A stretch of DNA of 64,000 bases, from contig CAJINV010000015.1 of NCBI GenBank assembly GCA_905178155.1, positions 1,237,495 to 1,301,494 on the forward strand, in the 5' to 3' direction. This document shows positions 55,001 through 64,000 of this stretch, one piece after another. The position numbers and the translations under genes were made by a program. Position 1 is the stretch's first letter, and each line of letters opens with the position of its first letter. Under the pieces are notes generated by a model. That model saw nothing but the letters and a program-made list of their open reading frames with translations, did not search any database and was not told where the DNA came from. The stretch is from Amoebophrya sp. A120. Taxonomy: Eukaryota; Protista; Dinoflagellata.

Positions 55001-58000
55001 TCGCACGAAAAACGTCAGATCCGAGTACACGTTGGACAGGGCGAATGGTCGCATGTCATTGATCGACAGGTCGTATCCTGTACAAAAGTATCGCACTCGT
55101 ACTAATTGCAATTTTGCATGACAAACCTACCTTTTATTTTAATACCTGAATTTTTAGCATTACAAATTCCATTTTTCTTTCTGATAAAATTTGTAGTGCA
55201 GTTTGTACTAATACGATACTTTTGCAATGCATAGGTCGCACCGAATTTCCTGCGGCGTGTTTAAATCGTAGTTGTACAGACCAAAAGATCTGCCGCTCAA
55301 ATCCGTGTAGTTCGTCGTTCCAATGCCCTCCGTTAGCGCGATGGTGCCCTGCCCCGAATCGAAGACCCCGTCGAAACTGCCGTCGACGTCCCGGGATTGC
55401 GAATCCTGCGTAAACATCTTATGCATTGCAAATATGTCTGGGTCCGAAAGGATGTAACTTGTGATGCTGCATTTGGACACTACGAACATCTGTATTGCAT
55501 GAACAGTAAAACAGGTCAAGTTTTTGCCACGGCGAAAGGGCATTTCTCATGCGGTTTAGGCATCAGGGAGACCTCACAAAATCTGTGATGCTAGGGCATG
55601 CATCACAGACGTCAGGAGTCATGCAAAATGTGCACGACAAACCTTTCATCCTTCCAGACCCAGACATGTTTGCATTTGATACATCTTCCAGTTGACCAAC
55701 TGTGTCACGTCGAAGACGTACGGGTTGATCGACCGCAATATGGATTGCAAAAATGTCTGGGTCTGGAAACTTGTAATGCTGCGTTGGGAATAATGAATGC
55801 CCTGTAATGCACAGCCAAGCATGGGAAATATCTGCGCTTCTTTGTGTTGCGTTTTTCGCATGACAAGCTGTGTTTTTGCATGACAGGCAAAAGGGTCTCT
55901 TCTTGGACACGCATCACAAACTTTTTGGTCATGCCAGACAAGCATGACAAATCTCGCAATCTTCCAGACCCAGACATTTTTGCATTTGATACGCAAGGCG
56001 AACCCGAACTTCTTATTTGCGTCGATGATCCCGCTCACCTGCACCTTCGCCCGGTTCCTGGGGGTTCGCTCGTAGATGCACTGCTTCACCCCGTTTGGTA
56101 AACGGTGGGTCAATTCCCCCGGTCGAAAGGCGTAGTACTCCATCGGCAGATCGTATCCCACGAAAAAAGTGTTACAGTTACACATTTGCTCTTAATTCAG
56201 CAACACAAATTTTCTCCGCATGAGAGAGAAAACTTGCAACGCACAGATCATAAGGGAAAACAGGTATGTTGACACGAGGCCCAAAAGCCTTTCTGGCATG
56301 ACAGAGGTTGTCTGTCATGCTGGGCCTGCAACACAATGTGTAACTGTAACACTTTTTTCTCGTGATAGATCGCTGGCGTGGCAGTTCGGGTAGTCGTATT
56401 GGAACCGAATCGACTGCATTTCGTTGTATCCTGTGTAAAAACGTCCCCACCCCAGAGTTAATGTCATGCAAATGTGCAATGACAGGAACATTTGTAATGC
56501 GGATCTGCATGAAAGGCATTTCCAATCATCGTGTGTGGGACTTTGTAATGCTGTATTAACAGGATGAGAGGCTGGCTTTCTCATGCGACTGCCCTTGCTA
56601 AACAGCACGACGCTGCAGATGGAAAATTGTCATGCAAAACTCCCAAAACTTGGAGATTTGTGTTGCAGATTTACCAACTTGGCTATGGGGTGAGGACGTT
56701 TTTCCACAGAATACGTTGACCACGTTATCCATCGGCGCTTGCAACACGATCATGCCCTCCAGCCCGACCGGGGATTCTGTTTTCAGAAACACGAATAACT
56801 GCGGCCGCACCACCCGGTTCGACAACTGCGCGCCCATAAAGTCCGACGGGTGGAGGATGGTGTCTCTCAAATACCCCAAAACCGCGACGTTGCTGCTGTA
56901 ATTTGCCTCAATGGTCGCTTTGAAGATGACCGGACTCGTTGTCATGGGCAGGCTGAAATACCCTTTGGACATTTGCGACACCGTCCACTCGTTCAGTTTG
57001 TTGTCCTGCGCGAGGGCCGTCGCGGGGTTATTCACCGTGAATTTCACAATGATCGCGGACCCGGAGGGAATTAAGCCGTACTGCCTCAACCGAAACCGAC
57101 ACAACCGCGGGTCGCTCGCGAACACGCTCCAGCCGTGCGAGGTGACGCCCGCCACGTACTCACTGGTGGTCGGCGCGCCCCGGCCCTGCGGCGCGGTGTG
57201 CGCATAGAGATTTAACGTCGACTCCGCCGCCCAGGGGTTGTACGCGGTCGCGAGAATGCCCATTTGGTCCGGAATGGTGCAGTTATACCCCGGGGGGAGT
57301 CGCACATCGAACCCGGCGTCCTGGTTCAAATTGGCGGCGAACAAGGTCGCCGCAAACTGCAGCCGCACGTAGAGGATGTTCGAGGTTTGCGCCTTAAACG
57401 GGCGGGAATTCCCGTCGCCGAAGCTGGTCACGATCTTCGCGATGGTGGTGCCCGCGTCCGGCTCCTTGTACAGGTAGTTGTTGTTTCCGGAGAGAATGTA
57501 CGACGGCCTCGTATCCAACTCGTCCGTGACCTGAGCGCCTAATCTCGTGGAGAAAAACCCGTTCTTCGGCATGGTCAGGTGCTGCACCCGCAACTGCATC
57601 TTCACCGACCCCTGAATCGTGGTCATGATCGCCGGCATGGTGATCTTCACGACGTTGTTGTAGCTGTTCAGAACCGTCGGCACGCCCTGGCAGTTCTGCG
57701 CCGGGCCTCCCTGGTGCGCCACCGCGTCGTAGGGGATGGCGGTGGCGAGACAGGTGGAGCCGATGTTCCAGGTCGTTAGAGGTTGGAGATACAGCCGGAT
57801 AATCGCGCCCTGCTTGATCTGGTAAGTCGGGTCGCCCGCCAGTTCCATTCGCAGTGCGTCACCGGACACCAACGTGACAACGTTGTCCTTCGACTGTCCC
57901 GGGTAGTCCTCGAGAATCCGCACCCCGCCCGGGTTGAGCCACCGCGGACTGGTGACGGAAGTGGAAATTCGCTCCGGCGTCTTCGACAAAGCAGCCTCTC

Positions 58001-61000
58001 CCCGCTCGATAGCCAAGTACGGGTTAATCCCCCGGTCGTCCATCGTGAACACCTCCAGATATTTCCCTCCCGCGGTGGCAGCGCCGTGAACGGATCCATG
58101 CATCACCACCTGGTAGTTGTATCCGGGTCGCAAACCGTTCTTTGCTTCAAAAACGACGAAAATCTCCCGCGTGAACCCGTATTTCTTGTAGTAGCACCCC
58201 TTGGGCAGCGGGAACCCGTAGTCCAGGTCGTCGCTCCACATCTCCCGGAATAATCGCCCGCAGATGTACTGCCTCGCCTCCTCGTAGTCGTCCTCGGACG
58301 CATTTTATCCCACGAAAAAAGTGTTACAGTTACACATTTGTAGTGAATTCAGCAACACAAATTTCTCTGCATGAGAGAGAAAACTTGTAATGCAGAAATC
58401 CTACGGGAAAACACCTAGGAAACGAGGCTCCTGTGCATACCCGGCATGACAGAGCTTGTCTGTCTTGCTTGGCCTGCAACACAATGTGTAACTGTAACAC
58501 TTTCTTCTTGCGATACATTTGCCTCGATACTCGAGGCGATGTCGTCGCTGTAATAGATCTCGAACGTGCTGGTGTCTTGCAACACAAATTTCAGCTGCGT
58601 CTCGCCCACGACCTGACTGTACCGCGCGCCGGTGGTCGCAGAAGCGGTCTTAAAGGAAATCACCACCGGAGCTTTGGCGTCGAGCAGGGTGGACGTGAGG
58701 GACAGCCGCACGTCTTGCATCGGGTTGGCGCCGACCAGGGTAAGGAAACCGACCTGATAAAGGGTGGTTGATGAAAAGTTCGATAAAGTCAAAGAACCAT
58801 GATTCGTTTGCCAGCATGAGAAATTGTACCCACCATGCTCTGTTTCGCATGACAACAAAACAGCTTCAAGAAAACGAACGACCCCAATGTTCATAGTACT
58901 TACATAACTTCTACAACCTGCGGCCAGTACCTCTTCTACAAACCGATTCGGGTCGGTCCCTCCGTAGTGAAAGCACACCCGCAAATTCGTTCGGTCCCGG
59001 ACTCCCTTGATTTCCCACTTGGTCATCGCCCGATTTCGCCGGGCCCACTGCCCGTATACGGGGCTCGAACCCGCCGTGATGGACGCGAATTGCACCTGGA
59101 ACAACGGCCGCCCGTTCTCTCCCGCGGCACACGCGTTGGGCGGCGGGGGATTTCCTGTGGAGTAGCAATCCGCCTTCCACCCGTACTGTATACGCCACTT
59201 CAGCGGGTCCGTGGTCGGTTTGATTTTGTGCCCCACCATGTAACTGTCGGTCGCGGCCGCGTTGTTGGCCCCGGCGTCACTGTAAGTGAACACGCCCTTC
59301 AATTCCATCAGCTTCTCATTACTGCATTGGTACGAATTCGGATGGCAGATGATGTTATCCCCTAGGGTAATCACGTCCGACCCGTCTTGCGCGAATTCCG
59401 GGTCGAGCTCAAACTCCACCTCCGTTTCGGTATCGGAAATCGCAGTGACCGACCGTATGTCGTTTCGCTTGCAATTTTCGAACTTGTCGTCGCAGTTGAA
59501 GGTGGAAGAGGTTGTGATCAAGGTTTTCAGATCGCCATTAACCGTGTCTGTGATCGACCCAACATTTGTCGCGAATTCGGGCGCATCGACCTGCAAATAG
59601 GTGAAGGGGTAGGAGCCCTTATCTGGATTTCGGTTGTTGTCGCTGCACTTGCCGTCGCCGGAGATTATCCTTAATTTGTTATCGCTCGATAACCCGAAGC
59701 CAAAATACTCCAATTTGAAGACCACTTGCGTCGAGAAACTCCAATTGTGCCCGGCGGTCGGCCCCTTGATGGTCATCCGCGCGGCCAGGATCCAGTAGTC
59801 CTTGTGCATGCACCCGTTGCTGTTCGCATCCGCGAACTGGCAGTAGCAGATCCCGATCACCCCGGCCTTCTTGATCGTGATTTTGTTCGCCGAATTCCCC
59901 GCGTTGAACGCCAACCGATCGCTGTTCACGCCCTTGCCCCGGTAATTTGTGTAGGCGCTGGCGGCGGAGAGACCGCCGACCGGCTCGACTAGGTTCGCCA
60001 AATGCTCGTTGTTGTTCGTCTGGCACTGCGCATCGGACCCGTGCGCGCCGGTCTGCTATCCTCAGTAAAAATGTCCGCACACCGGAGTGTTCAAGATGGG
60101 AAATCTGCTAGACAAATCTACAAGTTTTGGCTGTCCTGCATGACAAATTTTTTAGACTCGTAGTGTAGTGCTGTTTGAGCTACCTCAGAAGCATCACAGA
60201 TCTAACATATCATGCTGATTGGAGCATGGCAAATTCCAAAACACGACTACTAGAAAATGTTCCTCATGGGGATCCGCATGAGAAACATTTGCAGCATGCA
60301 GATTTGCATTACAACTATGCTGTGGGGACGTTTTTCAATACGATATCTGCTCGATGATCTTCACGACCCCGTTCTCCGCCAACCCCATCACCTCGTTGTC
60401 GGCCGCGTCCCTTCGGAACACAATCTGCCCAGGCTCTAACACGTATTGGAGGGACAACAAGTTTGCGTTGCTCGCGGTCGGACTAACGGACGACAACAAC
60501 CGCACCCCCGTGAACCGAATCTGCCCCACTTTGAACCAGTTCGCGCCCGCGTCCTGCGTGCACAGCCCGTCGCAGTAGCAGATGTCTAACCCGACGGAGT
60601 TGTGGAAATTCACCCTCTCGTAGTCGTGTTCCGCGGCGTCGAACTTGAAGCCCGTGGTATATGCGATGGTGGACAGCGATATGGGTGTGTCAGGTTCGAA
60701 ATCGACAAAGTTGAAATAATCTGTGATGCATAAAACGCAAGGCATGAAGTGCCTCTCTTGCAGGGATGGCAAGTGAGACCGATTCTTGTGAGCCTGTTTC
60801 GGGTTTGTGATAGTTAGAGCTGGTAAAGTGGCGTGACAAAGGATGCCTTCTTTCGCTAAACAGCATGACAAACTGGATTTCGATGACGTCGAAATTTGTC
60901 ATGCGACGCTTGGAAATTGGGCCTCCAACTGGTATCGGTTTTATGCATCACAAATTTTTCAACCTCGTCAATTTCAATCCTGACAGTTCCATAAGCGGGT

Positions 61001-63998
61001 CGGTTTGCGTGTAGGGCGGGAACTCCTTCATGGTGTGTGGCGCACCCTCCTATTGTGAGGAAAAATCCCCCCTCCCCATATCGAACAGGCGTGCTTTTGA
61101 AAATTTGTGATGCTGATTGGTGGCCACAGATCGAGTCTGTCTTGCAAGAGAGCAAAGCCAGAGACTCCGCCGCGTTTCGCAGGCGCTTTGTAGTGCTGCT
61201 GCGCCAATGGGGCAGACGTCTGCCATGCTAAGTACCTAACTCAAGCTACCCCTTTCCGGGCTTTGTATCTGCCTACAGTGCTCTGCTGCAAGACAAAGCT
61301 GATTTGTGTACGCAAATACAGCATCACAGACTTCCCTTTCGAACTGGGGAATGGGGATTTTTCATTTTGATACCTCCACCGTGCCGTTCATGTTGCATTC
61401 GATCACACCAGAACAGATACCGGTGTTCCCGGTGGGGAGCACAACTCCGACGGGGAGCGGTGTGGTGGCCATGATCTCCCTTCCCGCGAAATTCCTCCCG
61501 TGCATTTTCGTGCGGCAAATGTTCCGGCTGTCGAACTTCGGGTAGTCGTAGGCCGCTGTCGGGCTGCGCGCGATGATTTTGAATCGATTGTTTTTCGCGT
61601 TCGCGCACGCCCCCTCCGGGCAGTTGATGCGGATTTTGAAATGTTTCTGCGGAATGGTCCCTGTGTAGTCTGTGCCGCAGGTCTTGTCGTCCGAGCGACA
61701 GGTTTTCGCGGTGTAGAAGTGCACCGTCCCCAGCATCTGCGAGTACTGCAACGGCGAGGAAGCTAAGCAACTCGCTGCGGGACACCAACAAGCCGCGGTA
61801 GAAAAGGGGACAAAGCCGGACCCGTCCGTCGCGCCTCCGGTCAGCGTGTTCTTCGTGGACGGCAGGTGGAACCTTCCCGTCCCCCTTTGCTGCACCGCGA
61901 GTTTCAGTCGGTTGGCCGCCCCGGATTCCACGGGCGTGTTGCAGTCCCCGCCCGCCCCGCCGTTCATGCAGATCTGCGTGGCGTAGGTCGACTGGCCGCA
62001 CAACTGCGCTGCTGTCGGCGTGGCCGTGTCAAAGGACGGGCCCCAACTGCCCTTGTACTGCGTTTCGCCGATGCCCACCCAGCCCTGGTTCGCCCCGTCG
62101 AACGCGACCACGCAGTGCGTGGACTGGTAGGTGTAGGTGTTGGTCGGGTTGTTGTGCTGGTTCCTTAGCAGGTAGCAGTAGTACTTTTTCGTGGTTCCGA
62201 AGTAGTCCACGGTGCCAGCGGCGTAGTTGTGGTCGTACACGCCGTAGATTTCCGCCTCCACCGGCCACACGTCCACGTTCCCGGTGGTAAACGACCCGTC
62301 GCCGGACACGCAAATGCGGAAAAACCCGCCCATCAGAAATTTCAGCGCGGTCGAATCGGACGTGGGTGTGCCGTACTGCAGCCACCCGTTCTGTTCGTTG
62401 TCCGCTCCTATCAAATGTAAAGATGTCTGGGTCTGGAAGGTTGGAACTTGTGATGCTAACTTTGGACTCGAAAAAAATCTGTATTGCATGACCAGCAAGA
62501 GAGGTCTCGTCTCTGCTACGCGGGGAGGGCATTTGTCATGCGGAGTAGGCATCAGGAAGCCCTCGAAGAATCTGTGATGCTAGGTCGTGCATTACAGAAA
62601 CAGACATCCTGGGTCATGCAAAATATGCATGACAATAAATCTCAGAATCTTCCAGACCCAGACATTTTTGCATTTGATAGCTCCACCAGTGGAAAAGGCG
62701 TTCGTCGCGGGCAGCGCCTTTCCCCCGTTCTGGCACCACGCGTTGCTAATCACCGAGCACCCGGGGACGGTTGCCTGGTTGTCCTGGCAGTGGTTGCTCC
62801 CCTCTGCGGTCGTTTTCGTCACCGTGTTTCCGACAAAACGCGTCCGCAACGAGTTCTGCAGCCCGGACAGCCACGTGTGCGCGGAGGCCTTGGAGAACCG
62901 CAGTTGCAGAGCCTTGTATTCCTCCGCGGATTCCCGCACGTGCTTGGTGGTCGTGAAATCACCCGCGGTGACCGAAGCCGTGGTATCTAGCTCCGCAAAC
63001 CTGGCGGACGTCGGATAGGTGTAGAGCGACATAGAATCGCGGGCGATCCCCGCGTTGCCCGTCCAGTAGATCCCGCCCGAGGGGACGACGACTAACCGTC
63101 TTCTCAACCAGTCGAACTTCCGCGAAAACCCTTGCGGCTGCAGCTGGTCTCCTGCTCCCGGTGGAAATTCGCCCGTGTTCCCGAAGTCGTCCACTAGTTC
63201 GCCGCCGGTAGTGGCGGACGTTCTGCCTCCTTGTCTCTTACTGTACCGGTTCCGGTGCTGTTTTGGGACCAGAGGGTGTATGTTCTCGAAATTAGAGGCG
63301 GAGTATTTCGATTGATTTTCGTCCTCGGTTCCCGGTTCTATCCCGTCTTCCGCCCCGTCGAGCGAAGCAGAAGCTGCGGAACTTGCTGTTTCTGATCCAG
63401 TACCACCACTACTCACCCGACTGGCACCCGAGGAAGAACTTGACGCTGTGCCCGTGCCGCCGCGGAGGTTCGCTATGGTCGGCGACTCGTTTGCTAAAGT
63501 GCCCGTGCGAAAGGGCTGCGTGAGGAGAAAAAGCCACCACATTTGCTTCGTGCGCCGGTGCCGTATTCGCTTCAGGCAGCGAAGAGGTTTGTTGTCCTTA
63601 CCGGAAACACCTTGTGTTGCTGACTGTGAATCCTCATCCGCACAACTCCCGGGCTCGTTTCTTTGTATTTTCCCCGTGCTGGTGTCGCTTTCGGGCGCTG
63701 TGGTGTTGCTGCTCCCGCGGCCTGGTGATGCTGCCTTGTTCTTCGACGCTGTTATCACACCTTGATGAGCTAAAAGTCCTTTGCAGGTCCTGCTGGAGGT
63801 CGTTCTCTTGTTTTCTGTCTTCGGGTATTTTGTTCTGCTGCCATGGCGGAGCGAGGTGGATGTGGAAGAACTAGGGCTCGACGTCGTCGATGCGGAAGAT
63901 GTGGAGGAAGTAGCACGACCAGTGGCAGAAGGAAAACCACAACGCTTTTTACTACAAGAACCACTGGCAGCAGGAACAAATTTTTCATCTTCTCGCAC
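43085..63998 (-). CDS. Giant multi-exon gene (~3,600-3,700 aa visible), probable GPI-anchored surface protein with tandem beta-sandwich-like repeats; 42 introns; 5' end uncertain or beyond the window
   Basis: Removing 33 TIR elements (each plus one direct repeat) and 9 GT-AG introns joins ORFs 62592-63998, 61362-62552, 58415-60001, 56598-58241, 53940-54902 and many smaller pieces into one frame. It ends ...SGASSGNGDDAEASAAFAAKQIPWMLLLAAVGSSVFAVVA* with TAG at 43085-43087. Function is inferred. Confidence 0.85.
43239..43434. mobile_element. Introner family G
   Basis: tatgggagtgcacaact...agttgtgcattgtcata; DR cggcc. Confidence 0.88.
43544..43831 (-). other. Canonical GT-AG intron
   Basis: Joins IPPYN to VWTVSLC. 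Confidence 0.8.
43899..44238. mobile_element. Introner family A, diverged
   Basis: DR gctgc. Confidence 0.85.
44432..44595. mobile_element. Introner, minor family H
   Basis: tatgcaatacaaatttcccgtaca...tgtacggaaaattttctcctgtggata; DR aaatt. Confidence 0.85.
44642..44839. mobile_element. Introner family A, degenerate
   Basis: DR gcgga/gccaa; frame restored. Confidence 0.7.
44932..45089 (-). other. Canonical GT-AG intron
   Basis: Joins to give IDIRFSDLSW. Confidence 0.7.
45182..45452. mobile_element. Introner family A
   Basis: DR cagag/gagag. Confidence 0.9.
45599..45829. mobile_element. Introner family G, inverted relative to 43239
   Basis: DR gagag/gagaa. Confidence 0.88.
45965..46127. 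mobile_element. Introner family D
   Basis: tatcctgtgcaaaagtatcgtact TIR; DR cggca. Confidence 0.9.
46225..46439. mobile_element. Introner family F
   Basis: DR cggaa, extending to 14 bp. Confidence 0.88.
46490..46768. mobile_element. Introner family B
   Basis: DR tcctg; 279 bp. Confidence 0.92.
46951..47203. mobile_element. Introner family A
   Basis: DR cgatg; 253 bp; close to 55739-55991. Confidence 0.92.
47257..47535. mobile_element. Introner family B
   Basis: DR gggtg; 279 bp; close to 51877-52155. Confidence 0.92.
47764..48034. mobile_element. Introner family A
   Basis: DR catgg. Confidence 0.92.
48229..48507. mobile_element. Introner family B
   Basis: DR gttca/cttca; 279 bp. Confidence 0.9.
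48686..48894. mobile_element. Introner family E-like
   Basis: tatgcaagaaaaaaactgtg...cacagtttttttcttggata; DR tgcgg. Confidence 0.88.
48978..49091 (-). other. Canonical GT-AG intron, 114 nt, stop-free and in frame
   Basis: GTATAG...CACAG; the ORF reads through it. Confidence 0.7.
49210..49321 (-). other. Canonical GT-AG intron
   Basis: GTAATC...CCAAG; joins to give KTVDGATISI. Confidence 0.7.
49661..49902. mobile_element. Introner with non-TAT termini (caatctcaaacgttaca TIR); boundaries approximate
   Basis: ~35-bp inverted repeat between two coding segments. Confidence 0.65.
50107..50279. mobile_element. Introner family F
   Basis: DR tcgac. Confidence 0.9.
50332..50506 (-). other. Canonical GT-AG intron
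   Basis: Joins to give QLIGSTAVHN. Confidence 0.75.
50633..50914. mobile_element. Introner family A
   Basis: DR gttcc. Confidence 0.9.
50953..51274. mobile_element. Introner family C
   Basis: DR tcgca; 322 bp. Confidence 0.9.
51440..51662 (-). other. Canonical GT-AG intron
   Basis: Joins RKYR to LQLDVQNP. Confidence 0.75.
51877..52155. mobile_element. Introner family B
   Basis: DR tgcag; 279 bp. Confidence 0.9.
52323..52485 (-). other. Canonical GT-AG intron
   Basis: Joins to give NVETRSTARSP. Confidence 0.78.
52711..52970. mobile_element. Introner family A
   Basis: DR gacag. Confidence 0.9.
53331..53582. mobile_element. Introner family A
   Basis: DR cgaag; 252 bp. Confidence 0.92.
53616..53738 (-). 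other. Canonical GT-AG intron
   Basis: Joins ASDTT to VATSLA. Confidence 0.75.
53873..54023. mobile_element. Introner family D
   Basis: DR tagca/gagca. Confidence 0.88.
54685..54942. mobile_element. Introner family A
   Basis: DR cgtag/ggtag. Confidence 0.9.
55074..55233. mobile_element. Introner family D
   Basis: DR ggtcg. Confidence 0.9.
55420..55681. mobile_element. Introner family A
   Basis: DR catct. Confidence 0.92.
55739..55991. mobile_element. Introner family A
   Basis: DR cgcaa. Confidence 0.92.
56154..56367. mobile_element. Introner family E
   Basis: tatcccacgaaaaaagtgttacagttacacatt TIR; DR gatcg. Confidence 0.92.
56427..56713. mobile_element. Introner family B
   Basis: DR cgttg. 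Confidence 0.9.
58306..58515. mobile_element. Introner family E
   Basis: DR cattt; close copy of 56154-56367. Confidence 0.92.
58754..58930 (-). other. Probable canonical GT-AG intron, 177 nt, stop-free and in frame
   Basis: AG|GTACTG...ATCAG|GT; AT-richer than the flanking exon. Confidence 0.65.
60057..60345. mobile_element. Introner family B
   Basis: DR tctgc. Confidence 0.9.
60688..60985. mobile_element. Introner with TGTCAGG...CCTGACA termini
   Basis: ~48-bp imperfect TIR; removal with 3 nt gives DPLMEPISLS. Confidence 0.75.
61051..61372. mobile_element. Introner family C
   Basis: DR cctcc; 322 bp. Confidence 0.9.
62409..62679. mobile_element. Introner family A
   Basis: DR gctcc; joins FSTGGA to DNEQ. 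Confidence 0.92.
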
Positions 63999-64000
63999 AA

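Noticed and set aside
43239-62679. Repeat-spacer appearance resembling a CRISPR array
   Set aside because: The repeats are paired inverted termini of 150-340 bp elements, the spacers are exons, and no cas genes are present
13427-62990. Many short ORFs sharing peptides such as ANMSGSGR, LPDPDIFA, FQTQT, LQICLGLE and KNVPTP
   Set aside because: These are translations of introner TIRs in different frames, not a protein family
56632-63765. Long plus-strand ORFs opposite gene 1 exons
   Set aside because: Antisense shadows of GC3-rich coding sequence
1-64000. Autonomous transposase or reverse transcriptase
   Set aside because: No DDE, RT or tyrosine-recombinase motif recognised by eye in any ORF

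Overview
Eukaryotic genomic DNA, most likely the parasitic dinoflagellate Amoebophrya (Syndiniales); this is inferred from the intron architecture, not from a search. Three minus-strand genes are visible. (1) A giant gene, 43085 to at least ~63.5-64 kb, that I assembled by hand into one open frame of about 3,600-3,700 aa with repeated beta-rich modules and a GPI-signal-like C-terminus; it carries 33 TIR-bounded introner introns and 9 GT-AG introns. (2) A ~32 kb gene (39454 to ~6817) with a Cys-repeat N-terminus, coiled coil, an array of symmetric phase-1/phase-1 exons each encoding a divergent ~105-150 aa helical repeat, and a Pro/Gly-rich end. (3) The start of a Q/P/N-rich gene at the left edge. 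About 58 non-autonomous, MITE-like elements of at least 9 TIR families are present, most with TAT...ATA ends and a 5-bp direct repeat. Where they sit in coding sequence, removing the element plus one repeat restores the frame, usually without GT-AG ends. Such elements are already described in Amoebophrya. The extra points seen here are orientation independence, a nested introner, a 9-mer shared by all families, a filled/empty site pair, and junctions that constrain the splice position. Coordinates were counted by hand and could be off by a base or two. No transposase, RNA gene or CRISPR array was recognised.
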